Shown here: positions 38,657 to 49,750 of the stretch, one piece after another
Numbering within the stretch: position 1 is the first letter of the stretch
Layout: each line of letters starts with the position of its first letter
From: Candidatus Komeilibacteria bacterium
Lineage (GTDB): Bacteria > Patescibacteriota > Patescibacteriia > UBA1558
Direction: 5' to 3'
Assembly (NCBI GenBank): GCA_048538275.1
Contig: JBLYPW010000001.1
Location: 212,919-276,918, forward strand
DNA: 64,000 nucleotides
Made by a program: the position numbers and the translations under genes
Notes under the pieces: generated by a model
What the model was told of the DNA's origin: nothing
The model's input: the letters and a program-made list of their open reading frames with translations, nothing else
Databases searched by the model: none

Positions 38657-38824
38657 TTATTTATTCATAGTCTTTATGCAACGAGTACAGACTTTTTTCC
38701 GTTGGCCATCAATTACTTTAGTTTGCAGGTTTATCTTTACCTGCCGTTTAGTCTTGATTTGAGAGTGGCTCTTGGTTTGTCCGGCAGTTGTACCGCGTCC
38801 GCAGACTGCGCAGTTTTTCGCCAT
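38657..38824 (-). CDS. rpmB: 50S ribosomal protein L28
   Basis: MAKNCAVCGRGTTAGQTKSHSQIKTKRQVKINLQ is an L28 signature. Confidence 0.85.
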   Translation of the reverse strand: MAKNCAVCGRGTTAGQTKSHSQIKTKRQVKINLQTKVIDGQRKKVCTRCIKTMNK

Positions 38825-38878
38825 ATTGCTAAGATTAATGTATAATAAAATCAAAGTGTCTCCAGTTTACTAGATTTA

Positions 38879-39532
38879 TTGTTTAGTGTCAAGGTTTATA
38901 TGATGATTATAATAAAAATTTTATCTATTTTGTACGCCATTATTGTACATGAAGTGGCACATGGCTATATTGCCTTGCGGCAGGGTGATCCCACCGCCAA
39001 GCTAGATGGTAGGTTAACTTTTAATCCCATACCGCATTTGGATATGTTTGGTTCTATTATTTTGCCAGGTTTATTGTTGCTTAGCGGCAGTCCATTGGTA
39101 ATTGGTTGGGCCAAGCCGGTTATGGTAAATCCTTTAAATTTTAAAAATCAACGTTGGGGCAATACTTTAGTGTCTTTAGCCGGCCCGGCCGCCAATTTAT
39201 TGAGTGCTATTATTTTTGGATTATTATTAAAAATTTTATTGGGTGGTGGTTATTTAGCAGCTAATAATTATTTAATCATCTTCTTATGGTATTTGATGAT
39301 GATTAATATTGTTTTAATGGTGTTTAATTTAATTCCTATACCGCCACTAGATGGTTCCAAGTTTTTATTTGATGTATTACCGCCGCGTTGGGATGCTTTT
39401 AAGCTATTTTTAATGCGCCAAGGCCCTATTATTTTATTAGGTATTTTGATTATAGACAGCTGGTTGGGATTGGGTTTATTCGCCGGTTTGATCAATTGGT
39501 TTATCAATATTTTCAATAGTTTCTTGTTTTAA
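38879..39532 (+). CDS. membrane metalloprotease, site-2 protease (M50) family
   Basis: HEVAHGY (HExxH) in the first TM segment, polytopic, ..PLDGSK.. motif. Confidence 0.65.
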   Translation: MFSVKVYMMIIIKILSILYAIIVHEVAHGYIALRQGDPTAKLDGRLTFNPIPHLDMFGSIILPGLLLLSGSPLVIGWAKPVMVNPLNFKNQRWGNTLVSLAGPAANLLSAIIFGLLLKILLGGGYLAANNYLIIFLWYLMMINIVLMVFNLIPIPPLDGSKFLFDVLPPRWDAFKLFLMRQGPIILLGILIIDSWLGLGLFAGLINWFINIFNSFLF

Positions 39533-39553
39533 AGTAGTTTTTTCTAAATAGGC

Positions 39554-39582
39554 TTGACGGTTATTGGGGCTTGTGCTATTAT
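39554..39582 (+). promoter_or_regulatory. sigma70-like promoter (TTGACG-N17-TATTAT) for the str operon, with a ~140-nt leader
   Basis: Read directly from the sequence. Confidence 0.5.
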
Positions 39583-39721
39583 TCCGTCATCCCTACTAAT
39601 TTGAATTATTAGACAATTTGGTGAATCGTGGCTGATAACTAACCCTGCTTGGGTATGGTTATCTTTTTTTGCCAGATTTTATCAGTACAATTTAAGCAAT
39701 TTAAATAATTGTTAGCATAAT

Positions 39722-40153
39722 ATGCCAACTATAAATCAACTGTTAAAAAATCCAAGAAAAAAGCAGAAAGAAAAGGCTAAGACACCGGCTTTGCGGTATA
39801 CTTTAAATACCTTAAAGCGTAAGCGAGATGAACACGCCCAAGGTGCTCCTTTTAAGCGGGGAGTATGTGTCAAAGTAACAACTACCACACCTAAAAAACC
39901 AAACTCTGCTTTGCGTAAGATTGCCAGGGTGAGATTATCCAATGGTATGGAAGTGACTGCTTATATTCCGGGTGAAGGTCATAATTTGCAAGAGCACTCT
40001 ATTGTTTTGTTGCGCGGCGGTCGTGTACGCGATTTGCCCGGCGTTCGTTATCATGTAGTGCGTGGCGTTTATGATACACAAGGCGTGGCCAATCGTAAGC
40101 AAAGTCGCTCTATGTATGGCGCTCGTAAAGAAAAAGAAGGCAAATCAGAATAG
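39722..40153 (+). CDS. rpsL: 30S ribosomal protein S12 (with an internal insertion)
   Basis: MPTINQL..., ..[12 protein letters not shown].., ..[15 protein letters not shown].. Confidence 0.95.
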   Translation: MPTINQLLKNPRKKQKEKAKTPALRYTLNTLKRKRDEHAQGAPFKRGVCVKVTTTTPKKPNSALRKIARVRLSNGMEVTAYIPGEGHNLQEHSIVLLRGGRVRDLPGVRYHVVRGVYDTQGVANRKQSRSMYGARKEKEGKSE

Positions 40154-40199
40154 ATAGCCATAATTACAGATTTATTCTTTTAACTAAATTAAGAAATAT

Positions 40200-40667
40200 A
40201 TGAGAGGTAAACCAGCCCCAAAACGAAAAATTCATCCTGATGCCAAATTTAACAATGTTTTACTTGGTAAATTGATTAATTATATTATGCGTGATGGCAA
40301 GAAAACCACTGCTCAGCACGTTGTCTATGATTGTTTTACTATAATTTCCAAGAAATCAAAGCAGGATGCTATGGCAGTGTTTGATGAAGCTATAAAAAAT
40401 ATCAGTCCCAGTGTGGAGGTCAAAGGTCGCCGTATTGGCGGTGCTAATTATCAGGTTCCAGTAGTGGTAACAGGTGATCGTAAATTACAACTGGCTTATC
40501 GCTGGTTGATTGAAGCGGCTCGTAATAAAAAAGGCAAAACCATGGCAGAGCGCTTAGCTGATGAATTAATGGCAGCGGCTATTAATGAAGGTGATGCTAT
40601 TAAGAAAAAACAAGACGTGCATCGTATGGCCGAGGCCAATAAGGCTTTTGCTCATTTTGCTCGCTAA
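40200..40667 (+). CDS. rpsG: 30S ribosomal protein S7
   Basis: S7-family sequence. Confidence 0.95.
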   Translation: MRGKPAPKRKIHPDAKFNNVLLGKLINYIMRDGKKTTAQHVVYDCFTIISKKSKQDAMAVFDEAIKNISPSVEVKGRRIGGANYQVPVVVTGDRKLQLAYRWLIEAARNKKGKTMAERLADELMAAAINEGDAIKKKQDVHRMAEANKAFAHFAR

Positions 40668-40701
40668 TTTATTATTCTCAATTCTTAATTTTTAAATTTT
40701 T

Positions 40702-42798
40702 ATGTCTAGAGATTATCCTTTAGAAAAAGTACGCAATATTGGTATTATTGCCCATATTGATGCCGGTAAGACCACTGTTACAGAGCGAATTTTGTTTTAT
40801 ACTGGTAAAAAACATAAAATCGGCGAGGTGCATGAAGGCGCCGCAGAAATGGATTGGATGGAGCAGGAACAGGAGCGTGGTATTACTATTACTTCAGCTG
40901 CAACCACTTGTTTTTGGGCTTCCCGTAATAAAGCTGACGACATCCACCGTATAAATATTATTGATACTCCGGGTCACGTTGACTTTACTGCTGAGGTAGA
41001 GCGCTCTTTGCGCGTATTGGATGGTGGTGTAGTTATTTTTGATGGCGTGGCTGGTGTAGAGCCGCAGTCTGAAACCGTTTGGCATCAGGCGGACAAATAT
41101 GAAGTGCCCCGTATCTGTTTTATCAATAAAATGGATCGTATGGGCGCTGATTTTTATTATGATATTAAAACTATTGCGGATCGTCTCACAAAAAAGGCTT
41201 ATCCAGCACAGTTGCCCATTGGTGCGGCTGAGACTTTTCAAGGTTTGATAGATTTATTGACTCGTAAAGCTTACATTTATAAAGATGATTTGGGTAAAGA
41301 AATTGAAGAAACTGAAGTGCCGGCTGATATGAAGGATAAAGTAGAAGAATACCGTAGTAAATTGGTAGAGGCTATTGTGGAAAATGATGAAAATCTTATG
41401 GAGCAATATTTGGGTGGTACAGAGCCTGATTTGGCAGACTTGCGCAAAGGTTTGCGTAAGGGCGTTATTGCCAATGAAATAGTACCCATTTTTGTCGGTA
41501 CAGCTCTAAAAAATAAGGGCGTCCAATTTTTATTGGATGCAGTGGTAGAGTATTTACCTTCGCCATTGGATGTACCTGCTATTAAAGGACATGCTTTGGA
41601 TAATGAAGAAGAAGCTATTGCTCGACACGCTTCTGATGAAGAGCCATTGTCGGTATTAGCTTTTAAAATCGCTACTGATCCATATGTCGGTAAATTATGT
41701 TTTGTTCGGGTTTATTCTGGAGTATTAAAGACTGGCACTTATGTTTATAACAGCACTAAGCGTGGCAAGGAAAGAGTTGGTCGTATTGTACGTATGCACG
41801 CTAATCATCGGGAAGAAGTAGATGAGATTTACGCTGGTGAGATCGCTGCGGTAGTCGGTTTGAAAAATACTACTACTGGCGATACCTTGTGTGACGAAAA
41901 TAATCCAGTTGTATTGGAGTCAATCACTTTCCCAGAACCGGTTATTTCTGTCGCCATTGAGCCGAAAACTAAGGCCGACCAGGAAAAGATGGGCACGGCT
42001 TTGGTTAAATTAGCAGAGGAAGACCCTACTTTCCAAGTTCATACTGATGAAGAAACTTTACAAACTATTATTGCTGGTATGGGTGAGCTGCACCTGGATA
42101 TTATTGTTGATCGTATGAAACGTGAATTTCAGGTGGAGGCTAATGTCGGCGCGCCACAGGTAGCTTATAAAGAAACGATAAGGGCAGAAGCTGAAGCAGA
42201 AGGGAAGTATATTCGTCAGTCTGGTGGTCGCGGTCAATATGGACATTGTTTGTTACGAGTTGAGCCTCAAGAAAGAGGAGCTGGCTTTATTTTTATGGAC
42301 GAACTGAAAGGCGGTGTTATACCAAAAGAATATGTCCCGGCTGTAGAAAAAGGTGTAAAAGAAGCATTAACCAATGGTATTTTAGCTGGTTATCCCTTGA
42401 TTGATATTAAAGTTACAGTTTTTGATGGTTCTTATCATGAGGTGGATTCTTCTGAAGCTGCTTTTAAAGTAGCTGGTTCTATGGCTTTGCAAGCCGCTTG
42501 TAAAAAAGGTGGTTTAGTATTGTTGGAGCCGGTTATGAAAGTTGAAGTTGTGACCCCTGAAGAATCTATGGGTGATGTGATTGGTGATTTAAATTCTAAG
42601 CGTGCTCAGATTAAGGAAATGAGTGATCGTGGCCAGATGAAGGTAGTAGATGCCGAAGTGCCGCTGGGCGAGATGTTTGGCTATGCCACTTCTTTACGCT
42701 CTCTGAGTAAGGGTCGGGCATCTTATAGTATGGAATTTTCTCATTATGGCGAAGTACCTAAAAACGTGGAAGAAAAGATTGTCGCTGATAATAAATAG
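40702..42798 (+). CDS. fusA: elongation factor G
   Basis: [17 protein letters not shown] and full-length EF-G domains. Confidence 0.95.
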   Translation: MSRDYPLEKVRNIGIIAHIDAGKTTVTERILFYTGKKHKIGEVHEGAAEMDWMEQEQERGITITSAATTCFWASRNKADDIHRINIIDTPGHVDFTAEVERSLRVLDGGVVIFDGVAGVEPQSETVWHQADKYEVPRICFINKMDRMGADFYYDIKTIADRLTKKAYPAQLPIGAAETFQGLIDLLTRKAYIYKDDLGKEIEETEVPADMKDKVEEYRSKLVEAIVENDENLMEQYLGGTEPDLADLRKGLRKGVIANEIVPIFVGTALKNKGVQFLLDAVVEYLPSPLDVPAIKGHALDNEEEAIARHASDEEPLSVLAFKIATDPYVGKLCFVRVYSGVLKTGTYVYNSTKRGKERVGRIVRMHANHREEVDEIYAGEIAAVVGLKNTTTGDTLCDENNPVVLESITFPEPVISVAIEPKTKADQEKMGTALVKLAEEDPTFQVHTDEETLQTIIAGMGELHLDIIVDRMKREFQVEANVGAPQVAYKETIRAEAEAEGKYIRQSGGRGQYGHCLLRVEPQERGAGFIFMDELKGGVIPKEYVPAVEKGVKEALTNGILAGYPLIDIKVTVFDGSYHEVDSSEAAFKVAGSMALQAACKKGGLVLLEPVMKVEVVTPEESMGDVIGDLNSKRAQIKEMSDRGQMKVVDAEVPLGEMFGYATSLRSLSKGRASYSMEFSHYGEVPKNVEEKIVADNK

Positions 42799-42906
42799 TT
42801 TGCAATAGTTGTAATTAGCTTTTAATTGACTCAGCCTACGGGCTGAGTCAATTTATTTGACAAAAATATACCATGCTAATAAAATTCTATAACTAAATAA
42901 AAAAAT

Positions 42907-43317
42907 ATGTCTATTGATTGGGAGCGATTAGTAAAAATTATAAAAAAGACTAAGGAAAAACTAATTATTGCCACAAAGGATGATCTGTTGGTATTGTTAG
43001 ATTTAGATAGTTATGAAAAATTACTTACTCAAAAAACACCAGATTTTATAGCCTCGGCTCATCAAGATAATCAGAATGCATCGGTTGCACCGGTAAAATG
43101 GGAAAACGATGAAAGTGCGGCTGAACATAGTGAGAAAAACGAGTTGGTTGAGGAAAATAAGCAGAGCGATCATCAGGTTAAGTCTTTTACAAATAGCCAG
43201 TTTTCCGCGGTAGGAGATGTTATTGCTACACGGCGCTTGTCTCAGGATTCAGATATTAACAAGCTACCTGATGAGGAGGATGAATATTTTTTTGAAGAAT
43301 TAGATGAAGAATCATGA
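42907..43317 (+). CDS. hypothetical protein: Phd/YefM-like N-terminal region plus a long acidic tail, inserted between fusA and tuf
   Basis: ..KLIIATKDDLLVLLDLDSYEKLL.. resembles the Phd/YefM fold; C-terminal ..DEEDEYFFEELDEES. Confidence 0.4.
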   Translation: MSIDWERLVKIIKKTKEKLIIATKDDLLVLLDLDSYEKLLTQKTPDFIASAHQDNQNASVAPVKWENDESAAEHSEKNELVEENKQSDHQVKSFTNSQFSAVGDVIATRRLSQDSDINKLPDEEDEYFFEELDEES

Positions 43318-43325
43318 TTTTATCC

Positions 43326-43351
43326 ACATGATATCCTAGTAAGGATATTTT
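43326..43351 (+). terminator. rho-independent terminator
   Basis: atatcct-agta-aggatat followed by tttttt. Confidence 0.6.
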
Positions 43352-43449
43352 TTAGTTTTTTTATTATTATAAATATAAATAAAATTGCCTAATATTAGGT
43401 AAATATAGATTCAAGTTCATTTATACGATGCAAAAGAGCCCCATAACCC

Positions 43450-43478
43450 TTGCCAAAATAAAAAACTGGTGTTATAAT
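43450..43478 (+). promoter_or_regulatory. sigma70-like promoter (TTGCCA-N17-TATAAT) upstream of tuf
   Basis: Read directly from the sequence; a second TGn-extended -10 (tgtataat) lies near 43540. Confidence 0.5.
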
Positions 43479-43617
43479 CCTTACGCAATCAAGCTATTTT
43501 TTTTTACGAAAAAGCCAAGCATGGCGATTTCGTTTCGCTTGCTTGTATAATAAAATATTAATTAATCAATAATTAAGCGCAAATTGGGTAATATTTGCGC
43601 AGAGGAAACATTCACAT

Positions 43618-44808
43618 ATGGCTGAAAATTTTGATAGATCCAAGCCACACGTCAATGTTGGTACTATTGGTCACGTTGACCATGGTAAAACCACTTTAAC
43701 CGCTGCTATTTTAAAGGTATTAGCTGCGGCTGGTAAAATTGCTCAGAATAAGAGTGTTGACCAGATTGACTCAGCTCCCGAAGAAAAAGAGCGCGGCATT
43801 ACTATTGCTACTGCTCACGTTGAGTATCAGAGTGATAAACGTCACTATGCTCACATTGATTGTCCGGGTCACGCTGACTATATTAAGAATATGATTACGG
43901 GTGCAGCCCAGATGGACGGTGCTATTTTGGTAGTATCTGCCGCTGATGGTCCCATGCCTCAGACTCGCGAGCACATATTATTGGCTCGTAATGTTGGTGT
44001 GCCTTATATAGTTGTATTTTTGAACAAGGTAGACCAAGTAGACGATCCCGAGTTGATTGACTTAGTAGAAGAGGAAATTCGTGATCTTTTGAAGAAATAT
44101 GAATTCCCTGGTGATGAAGTGCCTATTATCCGTGGGTCAGCTTTGAAAGCTTTGGAGAGTCCAGATGGTGACGATGCCAAGCCGATTTTAGAGTTGATTG
44201 ACAGATTGGATGAATATATTCCTGAGCCAAAACGCGATGTTGATAAGCCTTTCTTGATGCCTATTGAGGATATCTTCTCTATTGAAGGTCGTGGTACTGT
44301 TGTAACTGGTAGAATTGAACGTGGCGTTGTTAAGGTCAACGAAGAAGTAGAAATTGTCGGTATCCGTGATACCCAAAAAACCGTGGTTACCGGTATTGAG
44401 ATGTTTAATAAATCCTTGGATGAAGGCAGGGCCGGTGATAATGCCGGTGTTCTAATTCGTGGATTGAAGAAAAATGACGTGGAAAGAGGTCAGGTTTTAG
44501 CTAAGCCCGGTTCTGTGACTCCCCATACTGAATTTGAGGCTGAGATTTATATCTTATCCAAAGAAGAGGGTGGTCGTCACACGCCATTTTTCAAAGGTTA
44601 TAAGCCTCAGTTCTACATTCGTACCACTGATGTGACTGGTGATGTTTATGAGTTGCCTGCTGGTACTGAAATGGTTATGCCTGGTGATACCGTTAAGGTA
44701 AAGGTAAAATTGATCACTCCGGTTGCTTTGGAAGAAAAACAACGTTTTGCTGTACGTGAAGGTGGTCATACTGTTGGCGCTGGAGTCGTTACTAGCATTA
44801 TCAACTAA
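43618..44808 (+). CDS. tuf: elongation factor Tu
   Basis: [21 protein letters not shown]. Confidence 0.97.
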   Translation: MAENFDRSKPHVNVGTIGHVDHGKTTLTAAILKVLAAAGKIAQNKSVDQIDSAPEEKERGITIATAHVEYQSDKRHYAHIDCPGHADYIKNMITGAAQMDGAILVVSAADGPMPQTREHILLARNVGVPYIVVFLNKVDQVDDPELIDLVEEEIRDLLKKYEFPGDEVPIIRGSALKALESPDGDDAKPILELIDRLDEYIPEPKRDVDKPFLMPIEDIFSIEGRGTVVTGRIERGVVKVNEEVEIVGIRDTQKTVVTGIEMFNKSLDEGRAGDNAGVLIRGLKKNDVERGQVLAKPGSVTPHTEFEAEIYILSKEEGGRHTPFFKGYKPQFYIRTTDVTGDVYELPAGTEMVMPGDTVKVKVKLITPVALEEKQRFAVREGGHTVGAGVVTSIIN

Positions 44809-44823
44809 GTTTTGTTTTATCAT

Positions 44824-44858
44824 CCGCAGTTAGCCCGCCTTTGGCGGGCTAACTGCGG
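44824..44858 (+). promoter_or_regulatory. strong GC hairpin without a U-tract between tuf and rpsJ (attenuator or processing site)
   Basis: ccgcagttagcccgcc-tttg-gcgggctaactgcgg. Confidence 0.4.
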
Positions 44859-44873
44859 ACTTTAGATAAATTT

Positions 44874-45215
44874 ATGCCCACAAAAAAAGTTACAAATGAA
44901 GAAGAGGTACAGTCAAGAATTCGCATTAAGTTGCGGGCTTATGACCACAAAGTAATTGACCAGTCAGCCAAGACTATCATAGATACGGCATTGCGCAGCG
45001 GCGCCAAAGTTATCGGGCCTATTCCTTTGCCGATAAATAAGCGTAAATATACGGTTTTAAAATCTACCTTTGTGCATAAGGATTCTCGTGATCAGTTTGA
45101 AACACGTACTCACAAGCGTTTAATTGATATCATAACGCCTAGCGCGCAGACGGTTGATTCTTTAATGAATTTAAGTTTGCCGGCCGGAGTTGACATTGAG
45201 ATAAAAATGACCTAA
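44874..45215 (+). CDS. rpsJ: 30S ribosomal protein S10
   Basis: ..[14 protein letters not shown].. is an S10 signature. Confidence 0.95.
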   Translation: MPTKKVTNEEEVQSRIRIKLRAYDHKVIDQSAKTIIDTALRSGAKVIGPIPLPINKRKYTVLKSTFVHKDSRDQFETRTHKRLIDIITPSAQTVDSLMNLSLPAGVDIEIKMT

Positions 45216-45443
45216 ACTTTGTTACTGATAATCCGCCAATCATTATAATGGGCGGCAGTGTCAGTTTATGAGTATAAAATTAGGTAAAAAAGGAAATTTA
45301 AGAATCAAATAAATAGCTCACAAATCCATAAAACGCTGATTAAACAATTTTGTTTAAGAGCGTATTGAGCACCGCGACTTACTGTTTGGGCATTTACTTG
45401 TTAAATACCTAAAAGCGAGTCACGGTTTTTGTTAAGAAAAAAT

Positions 45444-46226
45444 ATGAAAGCAATTATTGCTAAAAAAATAGGCATGACACAGCTTTTTGCTGATGACGGA
45501 GCGGTAATTCCAGTTACCATGGTTCAGGCTGATCCGGTTGTGGTGACACAGGTCAAAACCAAGGAACGAGACGGTTATGAAGCAGTGCAAATTGGTAGTG
45601 GCAGTCGTCGTAAGATGGCTAAATCATTATTAGGCCATTTACACGGTAAAAAAATGCGTTATGTTCGTGAATTTGCATTATCTCAGGATTTGAAAGTGGG
45701 TGATACTTGGGATGTTTCTATTTTTACAATTGGTGATAAAGTGAAAGTCACTGGCCAATCTAAGGGTAAGGGATTCCAAGGTGTAGTGAAACGTTGGGGT
45801 TTCCACGGTTCGCCGGCTAGCCATGGTCATAAAGATCAGTTGCGCATGCCTGGTTCTATTGGTGCGACAGGTCCAGCCAGAGTTTTTCCCGGTACTCGTA
45901 TGGGTGGTCATATGGGCGATGATAAGACTACTATTGCCGGTGTAGAAATAATGAAAGTTGATATTGATAACAATATTTTGTATATCAAAGGCGCCGTACC
46001 AGGAGCACGTAACGGATTAGTATTGGTATACGGTGATGGTGATTTTTCTCCACAGCAAGATGCTAAAGAAAGTGATGATATGAACCAAACTGAAGCTGTA
46101 GCCAGCCAAGCCAATAATGATGCATCAGCTGAGCAGGAAAAAGCTTCAGCAGCAAAAGATGCTGGAGAAATAAAAGCAGAAACAACCGTTGAAGAAGAGC
46201 CAGTAAAAGCAGCGGCTGCTAAATAA
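45444..46226 (+). CDS. rplC: 50S ribosomal protein L3 with a ~55-aa Ala/Glu/Lys-rich C-terminal extension
   Basis: MKAIIAKKIGMTQLF..; ..FQGVVKRWGF.G.. Confidence 0.9.
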   Translation: MKAIIAKKIGMTQLFADDGAVIPVTMVQADPVVVTQVKTKERDGYEAVQIGSGSRRKMAKSLLGHLHGKKMRYVREFALSQDLKVGDTWDVSIFTIGDKVKVTGQSKGKGFQGVVKRWGFHGSPASHGHKDQLRMPGSIGATGPARVFPGTRMGGHMGDDKTTIAGVEIMKVDIDNNILYIKGAVPGARNGLVLVYGDGDFSPQQDAKESDDMNQTEAVASQANNDASAEQEKASAAKDAGEIKAETTVEEEPVKAAAAK

Positions 46227-46235
46227 TTATTATAT

Positions 46236-46865
46236 ATGGAAACAAAGATTTACAATCAGGCAGGTGAAGTGGTCAAATCAGTCAAGCTGATAGGGGAGAT
46301 ATTTTCTGTACCTGCGAAACCGACGGTGTTGCAGGAAGTGGTACGTATTTTGAATGCTCAGAGACGTCCGATTTTGGCCCATACTAAAGGACGTAGCGAT
46401 GTTCAAGGTGGCGGTCGCAAACCCTGGCGACAGAAAGGTACTGGTCGCGCCCGTCATGGATCCATTCGTTCACCTTTATGGCGTGGAGGTGGTATCACTT
46501 TTGGTCCTACTAAAGAACGTAATTTTACCTTACGACTCAATGATAAGGTAAAAAAAATGGCTTTGCGCATGGTATTGAGCAATAAGGCGATTACAGGACA
46601 TTTATTATTATTAGATAAAATTGAGTTATCGGCTGCTAAGAGCAAAGAACTGTCTGCAATATTAGATAAAGTAATGCCAGAAAAAGATAAGAAGGTAGTG
46701 ATTGCTTTAGCTAGTAAGGATGATAAATTAGTTAGAGCAGCTAAAAATGTGGTTGGCGTCAGCACTTTGCCGGCCAGTAGTTTAAATGTTTTGGATTTAT
46801 TGCGTAGCCAATATTTATTGATGACAGAGGATGCTTTAGCTATAGTGACAAAATTGTATAAATAA
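46236..46865 (+). CDS. rplD: 50S ribosomal protein L4
   Basis: L4-family sequence (..GGGRKPWRQKGTGRAR.GS). Confidence 0.95.
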   Translation: METKIYNQAGEVVKSVKLIGEIFSVPAKPTVLQEVVRILNAQRRPILAHTKGRSDVQGGGRKPWRQKGTGRARHGSIRSPLWRGGGITFGPTKERNFTLRLNDKVKKMALRMVLSNKAITGHLLLLDKIELSAAKSKELSAILDKVMPEKDKKVVIALASKDDKLVRAAKNVVGVSTLPASSLNVLDLLRSQYLLMTEDALAIVTKLYK

Positions 46866-46869
46866 ACAT

Positions 46870-47346
46870 ATGAGTTTTTTAGATAAATTAAAAACTAAAA
46901 AAAATATAGAGGACAAGAAGCCAGTTAGTAAGCCGGCTCCTGCTCAGGATCAGAACGGCGAAGAGGCTACTGTAGCTGAGTTAAAGGCTGCGAAGGCTAA
47001 AGCAGCTGTAGAGGCGGGTAAGAGTGTTACTAAGAGTGCTCAGACAGCTAGTGGTGATACGGGTATGGCTTATAAATGGTTATTGCAGCCATTGATTACG
47101 GAAAAAGCTACTTTATTGGGGACGGAAAATAAATATGTGTTTATAGTCGCCGATGGTGCTAATAAAATTGAAATAAAAAAGGCCTTGAAAAAACTTTATG
47201 GCGTTGACGCTATCAAGATCAATATAGTAAATCGTCCAGGTAAGAAAGTACGTTATGGCAAGGTCACTGGTCGTACTAAGAAAGTTAAGAAGGCGATTGT
47301 TACTTTGGCCAAAGGTCAAAGTATAGAATTATACGAAGGTGTTTAA
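46870..47346 (+). CDS. rplW: 50S ribosomal protein L23 with a ~65-aa N-terminal low-complexity extension
   Basis: L23 core: ..LLQPLITEKA..NKYVF.V....K.EIK.A...L....V. Confidence 0.9.
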   Translation: MSFLDKLKTKKNIEDKKPVSKPAPAQDQNGEEATVAELKAAKAKAAVEAGKSVTKSAQTASGDTGMAYKWLLQPLITEKATLLGTENKYVFIVADGANKIEIKKALKKLYGVDAIKINIVNRPGKKVRYGKVTGRTKKVKKAIVTLAKGQSIELYEGV

Positions 47347-47370
47347 ATATAGCTTATTTTATAGATAAAA

Positions 47371-48216
47371 ATGGCAATTAAGATTTACAAACCAACTACT
47401 CCTGGTCGCCGACAGACATCGGTCTTGGTTAATAGTGATTTGAGTAAAATTAAGCCTTTGAAAAAATTACGTCAGGTGAAAAAGAAAAAAGGTGGTCGTA
47501 ACAATCAGGGTAAAATCACCGTGCGTCATCAAGGTGGTGGCCACAAACGGTTTGTTCGTATTATTGATTTTAAGCAAGATAAGTATGACATTCCGGCTAA
47601 AGTAGAACGTTTGGAATATGATCCTAATAGAAATACCAGCATAGCTTTGTTATTATATGCCGATGGCGAACGTCGTTATATATTAGCAGCTGATGGCATG
47701 TCGGTTGGTGATAAGATTTTGAGTTCTAAAGAAAAGTTTTACACTGGTCATGGCAATCGTTTTCCTTTAGAGTTGATTCCTAGCGGTCAATCAGTTTATA
47801 ATATTGAATTACAGGTGAGTAGGGGCGGAAAAATTGTACGTAGTGCCGGCGCCACAGCTACTTTATTGGTAATTGAAGGTAAATTTGCCCAGTTACGTTT
47901 GCCCTCGGGTGAAGTGCGTAAAGTACCGAAAGAATGTATGGCCAGTATTGGACAGGTAGCTAATCAGGAATTTCGTAATATTCGTTGGGGCAAGGCGGGT
48001 AGGATGCGACACAAAGGCATTCGCCCCACTGTTCGTGGTAAAGTTATGAATCCAGTAGATCATCCTCATGGTGGTGGTGAGGCGCGTAATCCGATTGGTT
48101 TGAAGCATCCCAAGACTCCATGGGGTAAGCCAGCCTTGGGTGTCAAGACACGCCGAGCAAATAAAGCATCCAGCAAGTTGATTGTGCAGAGACGAAAAAA
48201 GAAACGTAGAAAATAG
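47371..48216 (+). CDS. rplB: 50S ribosomal protein L2
   Basis: ..HPHGGGEARNPIG.. is an L2 signature. Confidence 0.97.
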   Translation: MAIKIYKPTTPGRRQTSVLVNSDLSKIKPLKKLRQVKKKKGGRNNQGKITVRHQGGGHKRFVRIIDFKQDKYDIPAKVERLEYDPNRNTSIALLLYADGERRYILAADGMSVGDKILSSKEKFYTGHGNRFPLELIPSGQSVYNIELQVSRGGKIVRSAGATATLLVIEGKFAQLRLPSGEVRKVPKECMASIGQVANQEFRNIRWGKAGRMRHKGIRPTVRGKVMNPVDHPHGGGEARNPIGLKHPKTPWGKPALGVKTRRANKASSKLIVQRRKKKRRK

Positions 48217-48243
48217 TTTAGTTATCTTATTAAATATTATTTT

Positions 48244-48525
48244 ATGTCAAGAAGTTTAAAAAAAGGACCATATGTAGACGCTAAATTACTCAAGAAATTG
48301 AGCAAAGTTAAGCCTGGTGATAAAACAATGATCAAAACCTGGGCACGTCATAGCACCATTACGCCAGAAATGGTTGGACACACTATTCATGTTCATAATG
48401 GTCGCCAACATCTGCCAGTATTTATAGTAGAAAATATGGTTGGTCATAAATTAGGAGAATTTGCCCCTACTCGCAAATTTATTTCTCACGGGGGTAAAAT
48501 GGCTAAAGAACAAGCCAAAGGTTAA
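48244..48525 (+). CDS. rpsS: 30S ribosomal protein S19
   Basis: [12 protein letters not shown].., ..[12 protein letters not shown].. Confidence 0.97.
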   Translation: MSRSLKKGPYVDAKLLKKLSKVKPGDKTMIKTWARHSTITPEMVGHTIHVHNGRQHLPVFIVENMVGHKLGEFAPTRKFISHGGKMAKEQAKG

Positions 48526-48534
48526 TAAAAATAT

Positions 48535-49086
48535 ATGGAGACAGTGAAAACAACAGTCAAATATTTACGATTATCACCCAGCAAGACGCGTTTGGTGATT
48601 GGACCTTTGCGGGGTTTGAAATTGAGTGTTGCTTTGGATAATTTAAAATTTCAAATAAAAAAGCCCAGTTTAGCAGTAGCTAAATTATTAGAAACCGCGA
48701 AAGCTAATGCGGTCCATAATCATAATTTAGGAGAAGATAGTTTGATTGTTAAAGAAATTGTAGCTGACGCTGGTCCAGTATTAAAGCGATGGATGCCAAA
48801 AGCGCATGGCCGTGCTGACATGATTCGTAAACCAATGACTCATATTACTGTGACTTTAGCCGGCAAGATAGTTAAGGGCGCTAAAAAAGATATTACCAAG
48901 AAAACAGAAGCTACAATTGAGCCAGGTCAAGAGGATAAGCAGGCTGTTCAATCGTTAGATAAGAATAGCCAAAAAGTAAATAAAGGACGCATTGGCAAAA
49001 CTAAGCATAATAATAAATCAAGGATTAGCAAGCAACAGCCGGCGCGAGCCAAACAAATTTTAAGTAAAACTAAAGGAGATAAGTAA
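48535..49086 (+). CDS. rplV: 50S ribosomal protein L22 with a ~70-aa C-terminal extension
   Basis: L22 core followed by a Lys/Gln-rich tail. Confidence 0.9.
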   Translation: METVKTTVKYLRLSPSKTRLVIGPLRGLKLSVALDNLKFQIKKPSLAVAKLLETAKANAVHNHNLGEDSLIVKEIVADAGPVLKRWMPKAHGRADMIRKPMTHITVTLAGKIVKGAKKDITKKTEATIEPGQEDKQAVQSLDKNSQKVNKGRIGKTKHNNKSRISKQQPARAKQILSKTKGDK

Positions 49087-49087
49087 T

Positions 49088-49747
49088 ATGGGTCAAAAAG
49101 TAAATCCAAAAGCATTACGACTCGGCATTACGCAAACCTGGACATCAAAGTGGTTTGCCCGCAAAGATTTTGCCGCGTTTCTGCAGCAGGATATTAAAAT
49201 TCGTAAATACTTGTTGAATAAATTACGCGAAAGCGGTATTGATAAAATTGAAATTTCCCGCAATGGTAAGGAATTGACCTTAGATATTACAGCTGCTAAA
49301 CCGGGTTTGATTATTGGTCGTGGCGGCATGGGTATAGAAGAAATCAAAAAGGATTTACAAGATAATGTGTTACCCAATAAAGCTATTGTCAAGATCAATA
49401 TCAAGGAAGTGAAAGATCCTAATTTGTCAGCCGCGGTTGTTTTACAAAATATGGCTTTTGATTTAGAAAAGCGTATCCCTTTTCGCCGTATTGGCAAACA
49501 GGCAATTGATAAAGTGATGCAAGCCGGCGCCGAGGGCGTCAAAATAGCTATGGCTGGGCGTTTGAATGGTGCGGAAATTGCTCGGACAGAAATGTTTACT
49601 GAGGGTAAAATCCCCTTACATACTTTACGGGCAGATATAGATTATAGCCGCGGCCATGCTCAGACAACTTATGGTAAGATAGGTCTTAAAGTCTGGATTT
49701 ATAAAGGAGAAATTTTTAATAAAGATAAAGAGAGCGAGGAGAAATAA
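49088..49747 (+). CDS. rpsC: 30S ribosomal protein S3
   Basis: MGQKVNP..LRLG.., KH and S3-C domains. Confidence 0.97.
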   Translation: MGQKVNPKALRLGITQTWTSKWFARKDFAAFLQQDIKIRKYLLNKLRESGIDKIEISRNGKELTLDITAAKPGLIIGRGGMGIEEIKKDLQDNVLPNKAIVKINIKEVKDPNLSAAVVLQNMAFDLEKRIPFRRIGKQAIDKVMQAGAEGVKIAMAGRLNGAEIARTEMFTEGKIPLHTLRADIDYSRGHAQTTYGKIGLKVWIYKGEIFNKDKESEEK

Positions 49748-49750
49748 TGT

